IMG/VR virus record: IMGVR_UViG_3300042453_005489
Span: 1 to 31,581 of that record
Source of the DNA: a virus
Taxonomy: Duplodnaviria; Caudoviricetes
Direction: 5' to 3' (one strand)
Length of the DNA stretch: 31,581 nt
Positions 1-9,496 of the stretch are shown piece by piece; the stretch's first letter is position 1, and every line of letters begins with the position of its first letter. The notes under the pieces were generated by a model that made no database searches, was not told the origin of the DNA, and was given only the letters and a program-made list of their open reading frames with translations. Position numbers and translations under genes: made by a program.

Positions 1-49
1 GCCCCGTAGGAGCCCCGCCGCCGCCGCCGCTTGGTGGAAAATATGGCAT
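1..49 (-). CDS. N-terminus of a gene running off the window edge (MPYFPPSGGGGGAPTG...), probable tail fibre or structural protein
   Basis: ATG at 49-47 with GAGG RBS at 60-57. It follows the tail genes and has a Gly-rich start. Only 16 codons are visible. Confidence 0.55.
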   Translation of the reverse strand, partial: MPYFPPSGGGGGAPTG

Positions 50-70
50 TGTATAACCTCTTCTCGTCTA

Positions 71-1627
71 TCAATACCCCGGCGCGGGGTACAGCAAAAG
101 CCAAACAAGTCTAGCGCCAATGTCTTCTGTTGCAACGCCGTTTGTTTCGCCCGTCAACGTCAACTCTACAACAACTCGCAGATCTTGGGTAGTGCTATTG
201 TCAATCTGCACCAAGATCGGAACGCTTATCCTATAGGCGTTCTCTACGCTAGCGCCGTCTGGTAGCAAGTCAGTTGCAAGCAATCTGCGCTTTGTCCACA
301 TCTTCGGGTTGTCGTTGAATTGCGGTTGCGGGCTAGGTACGGTTTGAAAGTTTGCCGTTGTGATTGGCGAGAGCTGCATTGTGATATAGCCCGCTCTCGC
401 GCTTGTATCTGCAAACAGGCCGTTGACTTGATCTACCGCGTTGTACGCTAGGTTTGTTGCGCTTGCTAGCGATGTAACTTTGATGTCTGCAACAAGAGTA
501 CCATATACGTTTGTATTCGTAGGTTGCACCGCCAGTTGAAGAATGAAGCCGCCTAGACCTTGCGGGCAAGAAACGCGGCCTTCGTACGAAGCGCGGTTTA
601 CGTTGTATAGGAATTGCCCGATCCCGTTGGCAACTTGCATCTGCGCGCCCGCTTGCCCGTAGAATGCAAGATAGTTTTGCGCAAAGCCGCCGTAGGGAAG
701 GCAAGCGCCATCTCCGTAAAACTTGCCTGTATGTTGGTGAGGTTGCGAGATCGTGCGACGAAAGGGCGTTCCTTCGTCTTGAATTCCTAGGTTGAAAATG
801 CCCGGTATTCTACCGAGAATTGCAAAAGTATGTTGCTGACTCTGTCGCCGAAGAACGCTAGCAAGCGGCGCGGTTATATATGCGCCCGCGCGAATATCTG
901 CGGGCTGAACGTCAAAGAAAGATTCTGGCGTTTGCGGGTTGGGTTCAAGCTGAAAGTCAAGTGTGTTAGGCGCGGCGCGAAGTTCAAGCGAAAGAAGCCT
1001 ATAGTCGCTTGCAGCGGGAGAATCACTAGCAAGCCAAACGCTAGCTTCTAGCAATCGATTGGTTTCGAAAGCACCAAGCTCTAGCAAGTCATCTGTGCTT
1101 ATTGTAAACGTCTGCACCTTGAAACCTACAGCAAGCGCGGGAATTGAGATTGTGACAGTCTTTGTAACTCCCGCGCTGTCACAATCAAACCCCGCGTCTT
1201 CTTGCGCGCGAATGCAAACTTTGAGCGTTACAGAGCGAGCTCCTACGCCGGGCATTGATACAGCAAGAGAACCATACATTTCCGAGACGCCGCCCGGCAA
1301 AAGAAAACCGCTTGCCGCTAGCATTGCGGGCGTAGTCGCAAAAGAACCGCTGATAGGTTGCCACATGGGCAAACCTACTTCCCAAGAAGTAGACGGCGAA
1401 CCTTGCGCGGCTTGCGGCCCAAACGATAACGAAAGCAGGCTACGCTCTATGGTTTCTCCGCGCGCGTCTGCATGGTTGTGCCGATATACTTTTGACGGCT
1501 GTGTTGTACCGTAAGTAAGCTCTCGCAAGCCCGCAATGTTGTTGCGATAGAGTTTGTCCATGACGACTTCGGAGAGGGTTTGCGAAGGCTCTATTTCGCT
1601 ATCTAGCACTTCTTCAATAGTGGACAT
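71..1627 (-). CDS. Putative tail tip/fibre structural protein (518 aa)
   Basis: Long ORF in the tail operon after the hub gene. It has two HxH motifs (HNHAD, PHQHTG) and beta-rich segments. Confidence 0.6.
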   Translation of the reverse strand: MSTIEEVLDSEIEPSQTLSEVVMDKLYRNNIAGLRELTYGTTQPSKVYRHNHADARGETIERSLLSLSFGPQAAQGSPSTSWEVGLPMWQPISGSFATTPAMLAASGFLLPGGVSEMYGSLAVSMPGVGARSVTLKVCIRAQEDAGFDCDSAGVTKTVTISIPALAVGFKVQTFTISTDDLLELGAFETNRLLEASVWLASDSPAASDYRLLSLELRAAPNTLDFQLEPNPQTPESFFDVQPADIRAGAYITAPLASVLRRQSQQHTFAILGRIPGIFNLGIQDEGTPFRRTISQPHQHTGKFYGDGACLPYGGFAQNYLAFYGQAGAQMQVANGIGQFLYNVNRASYEGRVSCPQGLGGFILQLAVQPTNTNVYGTLVADIKVTSLASATNLAYNAVDQVNGLFADTSARAGYITMQLSPITTANFQTVPSPQPQFNDNPKMWTKRRLLATDLLPDGASVENAYRISVPILVQIDNSTTQDLRVVVELTLTGETNGVATEDIGARLVWLLLYPAPGY

Positions 1628-1630
1628 TGC

Positions 1631-2221
1631 TTAGTACCCCATCTGCGCTTCAAACAAATGCGCATGCCCGCCGCCGCTCATTCTCGCTTGCAAGCGAAAG
1701 TATACCAAACGCAAGCCGCTTGTCAGCGGTATTGCAGACAAGTTTACGCTTGCGGCTGCAACTGTCCATGAATCAGTGATTGGGTGTGCGCAAGTTATTG
1801 TAGATGTCGCAAGGCTTGCAGCAAGATTGTTAGGCGCGTAAAAGTCAAATGTTGCAATAACATCATGGGATTGAGCGTCAACGCGAATTGCGGGGTAGAT
1901 GTCATCTACACCGCTAGGTAGCACAAAAGCAGCATAGAGAACTGTCTTGTCTGTCGTTGAATTGATTCTTGCGCTTGCGAGCTCGTTTGTATCTAGCGAC
2001 GTTGAGATTCGCCAAGAACCTAGTTGCAGCCAAGTCAAAACTTGATCCGCGCCGCCCGTATGTTTGTGACCGCCCGTAACGTTAACCGTACCGCTCAAAA
2101 CAGTACCGTCAAGCGCAAGAAGCTGCGCGGCTTGCGTATCTCTGCTTGCCGCCAAAAAGAACGCGTCAAACGGCGAATCTTGGTGACCTACGTTTAGCCA
2201 AAGAGTTGTTATCTCACTCAC
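1631..2221 (-). CDS. Putative tail tip structural protein (196 aa)
   Basis: Overlaps the upstream gene by 4 bp. It has a GHKHTG motif followed by a beta-rich domain. Confidence 0.6.
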   Translation of the reverse strand: MSEITTLWLNVGHQDSPFDAFFLAASRDTQAAQLLALDGTVLSGTVNVTGGHKHTGGADQVLTWLQLGSWRISTSLDTNELASARINSTTDKTVLYAAFVLPSGVDDIYPAIRVDAQSHDVIATFDFYAPNNLAASLATSTITCAHPITDSWTVAAASVNLSAIPLTSGLRLVYFRLQARMSGGGHAHLFEAQMGY

Positions 2222-4893
2222 GTTGAGATCTCCGAAAAATGATTATCAAACGGCGGCGTTGCAGAACTAGGAGCGATCTTCAAGAAGTCTGCGCCCGCGC
2301 CGCCGTCATAGTATTGAAACGGTATTGGCGAAATGCTTACGTTCTCAACATTGCTTGTCGCAAAGCGCCGATCTGTCAAAACAATATAGTTTCCTACGGC
2401 GGCAAGATCGCCTATTGCAACCGCGCCGCTTCGTAACCAACTCTCGTCTATTTTGATTGCAATCGTGTTTACGCCCGCAACATGCAAGATAGTCGAGACA
2501 AGCGCGGAAGCTTCTAGGTATCCATGCCTTTCAACGCCCACAGTAGAAGAAGAAACGGGATTGTGCTTTTGTACGTTGTACAATCGTACGCGCCCTGTTT
2601 GATTCTGCAGCTCTTGCCATATACCTTCGTGCGCGGTTGTGATGTCGAAGGCCGCTTCTGCAACAGAATCGACCTCACAATCAATTGTATATACACCCGA
2701 AACGGGGCCGCTTATTGATACAACATTTGTGATAACTAGCGAAGGCGCGATCTTGCCCGCGCTAGAAGATGTTCTGCTTATCAAATCAGGTAGCAAGCGC
2801 AGACGTTGCCGCCCGTCTTCAAGATTGATATCAATACCCGCTACAATGTAGCGCCCGTCAATTCCATAGCCTAACGGCGTAGGCAAGAGCGCCGTTGCGT
2901 CTTCGTACAAAACAAGATCGCCAAACGTACGAACCGCGCCGGGCAAGAACGTCGCTGTCAAAATATATTCTGGTTGCCCTTGCAGCATGCGGAAAAACGC
3001 TTGTGTCAGTCTCCAAACAACTTGCGACATAACGAATTGTGCGAAGTTAGGATTGGTTGTTTTTATCCATAAACGAACGCTTTGTGAGTTTCCCGCCGTT
3101 TTTTGTGATGCGCCCTTGGCGCGTATCACAAACGGAGAGAACGGCGGTTTTAAGTCAATCTCGTTGTAACCAACGTCTACTTTGACTTGCGCTAGCGGTT
3201 CAAGTTTTTCGAGCGAAGGAAGATCGCTTGAACTGACTATTGGGTTCAGAGTGGGAATAGACGCGGGCGCGGTAAACGTAAACCAGAAGCGAAGCGCAAG
3301 AGCGCCGCTTGTAGGTATGCAACCAAACAAGAGCGTATGCAGTCTGCATATGTTTTGCAGCCAATCCTTGAGCTTGTCTTTGGGCGTAATGATAAAGTCG
3401 AAAGGTTGCGGCAAGAGCGCGTTCAGCTCTAAGAGCTCTGTTGTTGTCTCTTCAACCGCGTAGGGATTGGCGGGCGTTGTACCCTGATTGACTTCACCTG
3501 AGAACAAGCCCGCGCCTATGCGACCGAAGATGGTATCGTAAACGGCATCTGTTGTTTGCGAGCCATCATCGGAATGTAGCAAGCGCAAGAGCGCATTGAC
3601 TACGCTGTCTCTAATACCAACTCGAAACTCTATCTCAATCTTCTCTTCGTCTTCTTGCAGATAGTCAGCGGCCGCGCGAGAGAAGCCGCTGTTCAATCCG
3701 AAACGCGGGCTTGAAGATAGACCGCTCTCAAAAGAAATATACGGGTTATCTTTGATGGAAGAATTGATAGGCGCGAAGTCTAGCGCGCAGAAGACAACAA
3801 CTAGCGCGTCGTCTTGGTAGTTTGTGACAGTAGGAAACCATTGCAGCTTTGTCGCGCGGTAAACGTAATCATAGCCGCCGATCTTCATTTTGAGCAGATA
3901 GCGTACACTTGCATCTTGTGTAAGCTTTGCGCTTAGCGTGTTCACAAGAGACTGAACCGGCATATCATTGCCGGGTTGGTGCAGCGGCTCGTTGAATATC
4001 TTCTCCGCTTCGTAACCGTCAAGCCAAAGCTTTATGAACGGCGCGGTATATTGCAGCGGCGAAATAAAGAAATCTGGCGCGCCGCTTTGTGTAATGACTT
4101 GCGCGCAACGGCGAATGGTTACGTTCTCTCTAGCCTCACCGAAATCGTGATCTGCAACAATCGAAGTGTTGTCACCTAGCGAGAGATCCCAACGCGCATC
4201 GCCCGTAGGTTCGGGGCGGCCTTCGATAAAACCCGCGCGTGTGTAAACAACTTGCACAACACCGCCTTGTTCTATCTGCATAAGAAACAAATCAGCGTCA
4301 AAAGCAAAGCTCTCAAACTGAGGGCGCGAAGACAAAGAAACCATATCAAACGCGCCGTCTTCGCCCGGCCCATACGCGGCGGGGTTGATACGATGAACGC
4401 GGGCGTAGCTACCATTTGCGCCGCGCGTAACTGTAAGCGCCCAGTCAATTCCAGTCGTTACGCTTGCAGATGTCACAAGAACAGCTTCTTGTTCAAGCCA
4501 ATATATTCTTTGAGAAATTGTTGCAGAACCTGAGACGCTCAAAGAAGTTGTAGTTGCGTCAAGTGACGTTGTTGTCAGATCCCAAAATGATGTGTGCTGA
4601 AAACCCGGGTCTCTAGCGAAGAGAGCGGCAAGCGCGCCGTCAACGTCAATCAATCGTACAGAGATCGCCGCAGAACCCTTGACGGGATCGCGGACATCCG
4701 AAGAGATTGATATACCCGAAATGCTACCTTGCGTTGTATCTAGCCATGGTAAAACAACACAGCCGCTAGGGATTGGCGCGGGCAAGGTTGCAGCGTCAAC
4801 GATTGCATTCGTAAACAGCACGGGCGCGCTAGAAGTCAAATCTAGCGGGTTTGGTAAACCTTTTATGAGCAAGCCTACGGCGTATTGAGCCAT
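2218..4893 (-). CDS. Putative baseplate hub / tail tip protein (Tal-like, 891 aa)
   Basis: Size and position directly after the tape measure gene, and beta-rich sequence. Function is inferred from synteny. Confidence 0.6.
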   Translation of the reverse strand: MAQYAVGLLIKGLPNPLDLTSSAPVLFTNAIVDAATLPAPIPSGCVVLPWLDTTQGSISGISISSDVRDPVKGSAAISVRLIDVDGALAALFARDPGFQHTSFWDLTTTSLDATTTSLSVSGSATISQRIYWLEQEAVLVTSASVTTGIDWALTVTRGANGSYARVHRINPAAYGPGEDGAFDMVSLSSRPQFESFAFDADLFLMQIEQGGVVQVVYTRAGFIEGRPEPTGDARWDLSLGDNTSIVADHDFGEARENVTIRRCAQVITQSGAPDFFISPLQYTAPFIKLWLDGYEAEKIFNEPLHQPGNDMPVQSLVNTLSAKLTQDASVRYLLKMKIGGYDYVYRATKLQWFPTVTNYQDDALVVVFCALDFAPINSSIKDNPYISFESGLSSSPRFGLNSGFSRAAADYLQEDEEKIEIEFRVGIRDSVVNALLRLLHSDDGSQTTDAVYDTIFGRIGAGLFSGEVNQGTTPANPYAVEETTTELLELNALLPQPFDFIITPKDKLKDWLQNICRLHTLLFGCIPTSGALALRFWFTFTAPASIPTLNPIVSSSDLPSLEKLEPLAQVKVDVGYNEIDLKPPFSPFVIRAKGASQKTAGNSQSVRLWIKTTNPNFAQFVMSQVVWRLTQAFFRMLQGQPEYILTATFLPGAVRTFGDLVLYEDATALLPTPLGYGIDGRYIVAGIDINLEDGRQRLRLLPDLISRTSSSAGKIAPSLVITNVVSISGPVSGVYTIDCEVDSVAEAAFDITTAHEGIWQELQNQTGRVRLYNVQKHNPVSSSTVGVERHGYLEASALVSTILHVAGVNTIAIKIDESWLRSGAVAIGDLAAVGNYIVLTDRRFATSNVENVSISPIPFQYYDGGAGADFLKIAPSSATPPFDNHFSEIST

Positions 4894-4896
4894 TGT

Positions 4897-7413
4897 TTAC
4901 CGCCTAAAAATCGGGCGCTGTGTTGTTGCGCCGCTACGAAATGCCGCGTCTATATAGCCCGCTACGGCTGCACCAAACTCTTGCGCCGCGCGAAGATCGG
5001 TTGTTGGGAACATAGCCCCGCGAAAGTCAACAACAACCGTAGGAGCGGGGCCTTGCGAACTTGCAGACGAAGAAGCGCCGCCTAAGCTAGCAGAACCGCC
5101 GCCACCCGCGTTTGCGCCGCCGCCGCCCGCGCCGCTTGTTGGTATACCTCCGCCGCCGCCCGCGCCGCCTACAGAGCCAATTGCAGCTGCGCCCGCGCCC
5201 GCTGCAACCGCCGCCGCCGCAAAGCCCGCAGCCGCCTTGAAATGCGCCGCCGCAGAAGCGCCCGCTATTGGGCCGCCAATCGCAAGAGACGCAATGCCCT
5301 CCGCTGTTTCGCCTAGCGCTTTGACAAGATATTCTTTGCCCATGGCTTTAAGAGTGTTGACAATGCTATCTCTGATTGCAATTCCTAGCCCGGCAAAAGC
5401 TTTTTCTCCGTTTGCCACGTTCTCAACAATCGTATCAAAGATTGTAGTTGTGACATCTTCGAGCGGTCGAAGAAGCTGTTCAGCTTGCGCTAGCGCGTCT
5501 TGTGCTTCTTTTTGCTTGCGTTCATTCTGTATTTTGCGCGCGTATTGCTCCGCTTCGTCTCGCTTCTTTGCTATATCTTGCGCAAGTTTGAGTTCTTCTT
5601 CCGCGCGTTTTTTGAGAGCCGCTTGCTCTGCAAGGTAGTCAGCTTGCGCTTGATCTCTTAGGCGGCGTTGATATGCAAGCTTTTTGTCCGCGCGATCTTC
5701 TTGTATTTTTGCATATACTTCTTCTGCTTTATCTAGCGCTTTCGCTGCTTCTTCGGCTTCTTTCTTTGCTGCGGTATCTTCTTTGGTTGCAGCGGTAGAA
5801 GCTTTTGTTGAAGATGCAAGCGCTTGTTTTCTCGAAGAGAGTTCGCTTGTTATTTCTGCAAGCTTTGCAAGATCTGCCTTTGCATAAGCTGTAATTATAT
5901 TGGCTTGTTCTTGGTTTTCATTCTGCGCTTGCGCAGCTTCCACAGCGTCAAACTGAGAATCTGCAAGTTCTATATTCGCAAGACCTAAGCTTTCTATTTC
6001 TTTTGCAGAAACGCCAAGCGTTTTTATCAAGCGCGCTTGTTCAGCTTGCAGAGAAGCGGTTGATTCTTTTGCAAACTTTGATCCTTGCGTAATGATAAGT
6101 AATTGTTCTTCAATTGCATTCGCCGCGTCTAGCGTATCAATAGCTTGTATTGCTTGCGTTTGCGCCAGAATGCTAGCTACTTTTTGCTGTTCTTGCTCTG
6201 CGATTGTAAGAGCTTTTGTCGCGGTTGTTAGTTTGCCTTTTGCTTCGTCTAAGAGAGAGACCTGATATGTTGATATTTCGTAGGTAAGAATATTCTTTCG
6301 GCTTCTGATTTCTTCTTGTTCAAGAAGAGAAAGTTCTTCTGTCCGTGTTTTGTTGAGAGATTCTAACTCTGCTTTGTAACTAGCAATCTTTGCTTGCACT
6401 TCTTCAACGCGCTTTTGCTCTGCGGCTTGCGCGTCTGTAAGAATCTTGACAGCGCCCGCGTTTGTTTCTGCCGCTTTGCGCCCTTCTTCAAGCGCCGCGT
6501 TTAGTTCTTCCTGACTAACAGCTACAGACGCTGCAATGCTTAATCTTGCAACGCGCTGTTCATATTCTGCCGCCGCCGCCGCTGCTTCTTCCGCTTGCTT
6601 GCTTGACGCGGTCAAACTCTCAACAAGAGCTCCTAGCGCGCCGCCCGCGACGAGGCCAATAGCCGCGCCCATAGGCCCAAACGCCGCGCCTACCATTGCG
6701 CCCTTCTCCGCAAGATCTGCAACGCGTACAGTTGCGTCTACTGCTTCTTCGGATAGACCAAACAGAGCGCCCGCACTCTTTTCAAATATATCTTTGAGAT
6801 CTCCAAACTTGTCTACCGTTTCGTTCAATACGAGCATTCCGAGGCTTTCAGCCGCCTCGCCGCCCGCGCCGTCAAGCCTCTTGACTTCTTCGGTCAAGTC
6901 CCTTACGCCGTCAACAATTTCTGTAACGCTCTTAATCTTGCCCGCCGCGCGGTCTACTTCTCTTGCAACTTGCGCTGTAATCTGTTTAAGCGAATCTTCT
7001 GCAATGCCGCTAGCTTCTCCAAGGGCAGTTGCAATTGAGTCTTTTAGCTTTTGCGTTTCCGCGCGCGCTTGTGTTGTGTTGATAATAATATCAATCTGCT
7101 GCTCATCTAGCCCGGCCGCTTCGAGCTCTGCGCGGATCTTGTCGGGATCGAAAGCGCGCAAAAACTCCTCAGTCATGTTCTTGCCGGCGCGCGCCGCGCT
7201 TCTGGTTGCGCTCGTTGTAGCGTCTTGTACACCTTGCGTGATCTGCGCGGTTTGGCGTTGTACGTTCTGCGCTGCTTCACTAGCTACGCGCTGAAACGCT
7301 TGTTGAGATTGATTCGCAGACTGAACAAGTTCTTGCCCGAGCTCTTGCTGAAAAGCTGCAAGTTGTCTCGCCGCCTCGCTGAAATCAATTGTAACGTTGA
7401 CTTGAACAGCCAT
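4897..7413 (-). CDS. Tape measure protein (838 aa)
   Basis: Ala/Glu/Gln/Lys-rich helical composition, hydrophobic Gly/Ala segments (GAMVGAAFGPMGAAIGLVAGGALGAL), and a C-terminal Gly-rich linker followed by a short beta strand (PTVVVDF). Confidence 0.9.
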   Translation of the reverse strand: MAVQVNVTIDFSEAARQLAAFQQELGQELVQSANQSQQAFQRVASEAAQNVQRQTAQITQGVQDATTSATRSAARAGKNMTEEFLRAFDPDKIRAELEAAGLDEQQIDIIINTTQARAETQKLKDSIATALGEASGIAEDSLKQITAQVAREVDRAAGKIKSVTEIVDGVRDLTEEVKRLDGAGGEAAESLGMLVLNETVDKFGDLKDIFEKSAGALFGLSEEAVDATVRVADLAEKGAMVGAAFGPMGAAIGLVAGGALGALVESLTASSKQAEEAAAAAAEYEQRVARLSIAASVAVSQEELNAALEEGRKAAETNAGAVKILTDAQAAEQKRVEEVQAKIASYKAELESLNKTRTEELSLLEQEEIRSRKNILTYEISTYQVSLLDEAKGKLTTATKALTIAEQEQQKVASILAQTQAIQAIDTLDAANAIEEQLLIITQGSKFAKESTASLQAEQARLIKTLGVSAKEIESLGLANIELADSQFDAVEAAQAQNENQEQANIITAYAKADLAKLAEITSELSSRKQALASSTKASTAATKEDTAAKKEAEEAAKALDKAEEVYAKIQEDRADKKLAYQRRLRDQAQADYLAEQAALKKRAEEELKLAQDIAKKRDEAEQYARKIQNERKQKEAQDALAQAEQLLRPLEDVTTTIFDTIVENVANGEKAFAGLGIAIRDSIVNTLKAMGKEYLVKALGETAEGIASLAIGGPIAGASAAAHFKAAAGFAAAAVAAGAGAAAIGSVGGAGGGGGIPTSGAGGGGANAGGGGSASLGGASSSASSQGPAPTVVVDFRGAMFPTTDLRAAQEFGAAVAGYIDAAFRSGATTQRPIFRR

Positions 7414-7418
7414 ATATT

Positions 7419-8540
7419 TTAGCCCTCTATGTCGCGACGTAGCATTGCAAAAGTATACGAATACAGAGCGTTTCCGATATCTCTTCTCTCGCCAAAATAG
7501 CGCGGCGTCTCATCGCCCGCTAGGCAATAGCTTTGCGGGTACCAGAGGATCTCTCCCGTTGTATCGCTCGTTTCATAAATAAGAATATCTCCTAGTCGTA
7601 AAGCCTCACTCCATAGCGCGTGTACCTCACTCACAACGCGAATATATGAGTATGCGCTAAGAGTAATCGTTGTTGGTATTGTTTCGCAAAGCTGAATGGC
7701 TGTCGACGTTACAGAGCGAACGCGCGCAACAAAGCCTTGAAACTCTATGTACGCGCCAATCGGAATCAGCGAAGGCAAAGAGAATGCGGCTTCGATACCC
7801 GTCAAAGATGTCGTTACGGTTGCGGGTATCGTTAGTTCGTTTCTATCAACGTTAATTCCCGTTGCAAGCGCTACTTCTATAGGCGGGCCGCAAACATCGG
7901 GATCTAGATCTACAACTCGCAAGCGTCTCTTGCTGATTCTGTTTGAGCCTAGAACATACGTTCTTAGCGCGCCGCTTGCGAGTTTATGCGCTACAAATTG
8001 CGCGGGACTATCGTCTTCGCCTTCGTCTATTTCAGAGCGCTCAAAAACGAAAATTGAACGCGGCTGAAACAAGCCAGAGAAGAGAGCTTCTCCGCTGCTT
8101 ATCGTAGCGCTACGGGCGGGAAATGACGGATCTCTGTAGGCTAGACCTAGGTTGCTGAAAACGCCATTTGCATTGTTGATAGAAGCGGAAGCAAAAGAAG
8201 CGGGCAAAGAAGAAGCAACGAAATCACAAGCGGGCGAAACGAGCGTGAGGCTGAAGCGGCTTCCATCTGCGGTTGTTGCGGGTATGAACTCAATATCTAC
8301 AATTGGCGTACCCGTCGCTACAACGCTTGCGTCAAGCGCGATCTGCGCAGACAGCCAAGAAATGATTGTTGAAGCTAGCGCGCTGCAATAGTCAGCTGTA
8401 CGATATGCACCCGCCGCAATGGAGAGAGCGCTACCTGAGTAAACGCTAGTGTTTGTCCCGTCTGTGATTACTACGGCTATGTTGACAGATAGTGCGCTGC
8501 TTACGCGTATTGTTGTACCAAACGCTCTTAGGAATTGCAT
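7419..8540 (-). CDS. Tail structural protein, possibly distal-tail (Dit)-like (373 aa)
   Basis: Beta-rich ORF coupled to its neighbours in the tail operon. Function is inferred from context only. Confidence 0.5.
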   Translation of the reverse strand: MQFLRAFGTTIRVSSALSVNIAVVITDGTNTSVYSGSALSIAAGAYRTADYCSALASTIISWLSAQIALDASVVATGTPIVDIEFIPATTADGSRFSLTLVSPACDFVASSLPASFASASINNANGVFSNLGLAYRDPSFPARSATISSGEALFSGLFQPRSIFVFERSEIDEGEDDSPAQFVAHKLASGALRTYVLGSNRISKRRLRVVDLDPDVCGPPIEVALATGINVDRNELTIPATVTTSLTGIEAAFSLPSLIPIGAYIEFQGFVARVRSVTSTAIQLCETIPTTITLSAYSYIRVVSEVHALWSEALRLGDILIYETSDTTGEILWYPQSYCLAGDETPRYFGERRDIGNALYSYTFAMLRRDIEG

Positions 8541-8920
8541 CGTTTGTAGTCCGCTTCTCGCAAGAACCTATCTCTTGCCGCAATGCTTTCTTTGTAAAAC
8601 CATACCGCCCTATAGGGCAAGTGTGCAATCGCAAGAGAACTATAGCATTTCAAGCCGCCAAGATCTTCTATTTCAATCGCTCTGTAGATTGCGTCGGTGA
8701 GGGCACTATCATACAGTCTTGCCGGGCAGCCTTCTACCTCGTCGAAATCTTGCGGCCCAAAACAATCAACTTTGACTTTTAGCGGCTTTTGTACGCGGTT
8801 GCATATGTGGTCAGGCTTTTTATGTTCAAGCAATCCTAGCGCAAATTCTGCATCTTTTACGCGTACAATCATTCGTTGTTGCAACCGTAGGTTTATGGCT
8901 ATCAACCTACGGCTGATCAC
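8528..8920 (-). CDS. C-terminal part of the frameshifted tail assembly chaperone (gpGT-like 'T' ORF)
   Basis: Lies in the -1 frame of the upstream chaperone and opens exactly at the slippery heptamer CCCTTTG. Confidence 0.7.
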   Translation of the reverse strand: MISRRLIAINLRLQQRMIVRVKDAEFALGLLEHKKPDHICNRVQKPLKVKVDCFGPQDFDEVEGCPARLYDSALTDAIYRAIEIEDLGGLKCYSSLAIAHLPYRAVWFYKESIAARDRFLREADYKRCNS

Positions 8921-9459
8921 AAAGGGCTATCAACCGCGCTCTCTTTCCAGATGTCATCTGCGCTAGGTTGTTCTCTGCCTTCTTGAAAACGAGTTATTGC
9001 GCTTGCGATCTCGCTAGTCAATTCGCTTCCTACGCCGCCCGCGTTCTTGTCACCAACGAGAGAATACAAGCGAAACATCTTCTCCGCGGCTATGTTGTAT
9101 TCTTTGCCGTCAAAAACGATACGTTGTGATTGGAACGGGAAAGCATTCTCGCCGCTATAGAAGCCCGCATGGTTGCATACGCCCCAAAGAATCAGTTGCA
9201 TTTCAGAGCGCCCGCGCCTTGCTAGCGCCTCACCAAACGCAAGCGAAGATTCTTCGGTATTTTCTTTGCGGTATTTTTCGGCGGCGTTTGCGGCTGCAAC
9301 ATTCGCGGCATTGGCTTCTAGAATGAGGCTTTGCCATTTGCCGAAAGGTATTTCGCGAAGGCGTATAGAGATGGTTCCTAGGGTAGGATTCTTGCGAGAA
9401 ACGGGAAGTTCAATCTCTCGCTCTCGCAAGTCAAGATCTAGCGGGTCAAACTTTATCAT
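8917..9459 (-). CDS. Tail assembly chaperone (gpG-like), start MIKFDPL
   Basis: Follows the tail tube gene, has a GGAG RBS 8 nt before the ATG at 9459, and ends in a slippery site. Confidence 0.75.
   Translation of the reverse strand: MIKFDPLDLDLREREIELPVSRKNPTLGTISIRLREIPFGKWQSLILEANAANVAAANAAEKYRKENTEESSLAFGEALARRGRSEMQLILWGVCNHAGFYSGENAFPFQSQRIVFDGKEYNIAAEKMFRLYSLVGDKNAGGVGSELTSEIASAITRFQEGREQPSADDIWKESAVDSPL
8920..8926 (-). other. Programmed -1 ribosomal frameshift site C CCU UUG
   Basis: Minus strand reads AGC CCT TTG TGA, an X XXY YYZ heptamer right before the stop. The -1 frame continues VISRRLIAINL. Confidence 0.75.
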
Positions 9460-9493
9460 AGCGGCTTCTCCGAAGGGTTGCGCCGCTATGATA
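9454..9493 (-). promoter_or_regulatory. 12-bp perfect hairpin sequestering the chaperone start codon
   Basis: TATCATAGCGGC-N16-GCCGCTATGATA. The ATG is in the stem and the GGAG is in the loop. Confidence 0.65.
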
Positions 9494-9496
9494 TTC

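Noticed and set aside
5085-5260. GCC-rich repeats resembling a tandem repeat or VNTR
   Set aside because: Explained by the Gly/Ala linker codons of the tape measure protein.
6536-7294. 252-aa plus-strand ORF (also 5237-5638 and 1059-1514)
   Set aside because: Antisense shadows of Ala-rich structural genes. They are Ser/Ala-rich with no RBS or motifs.
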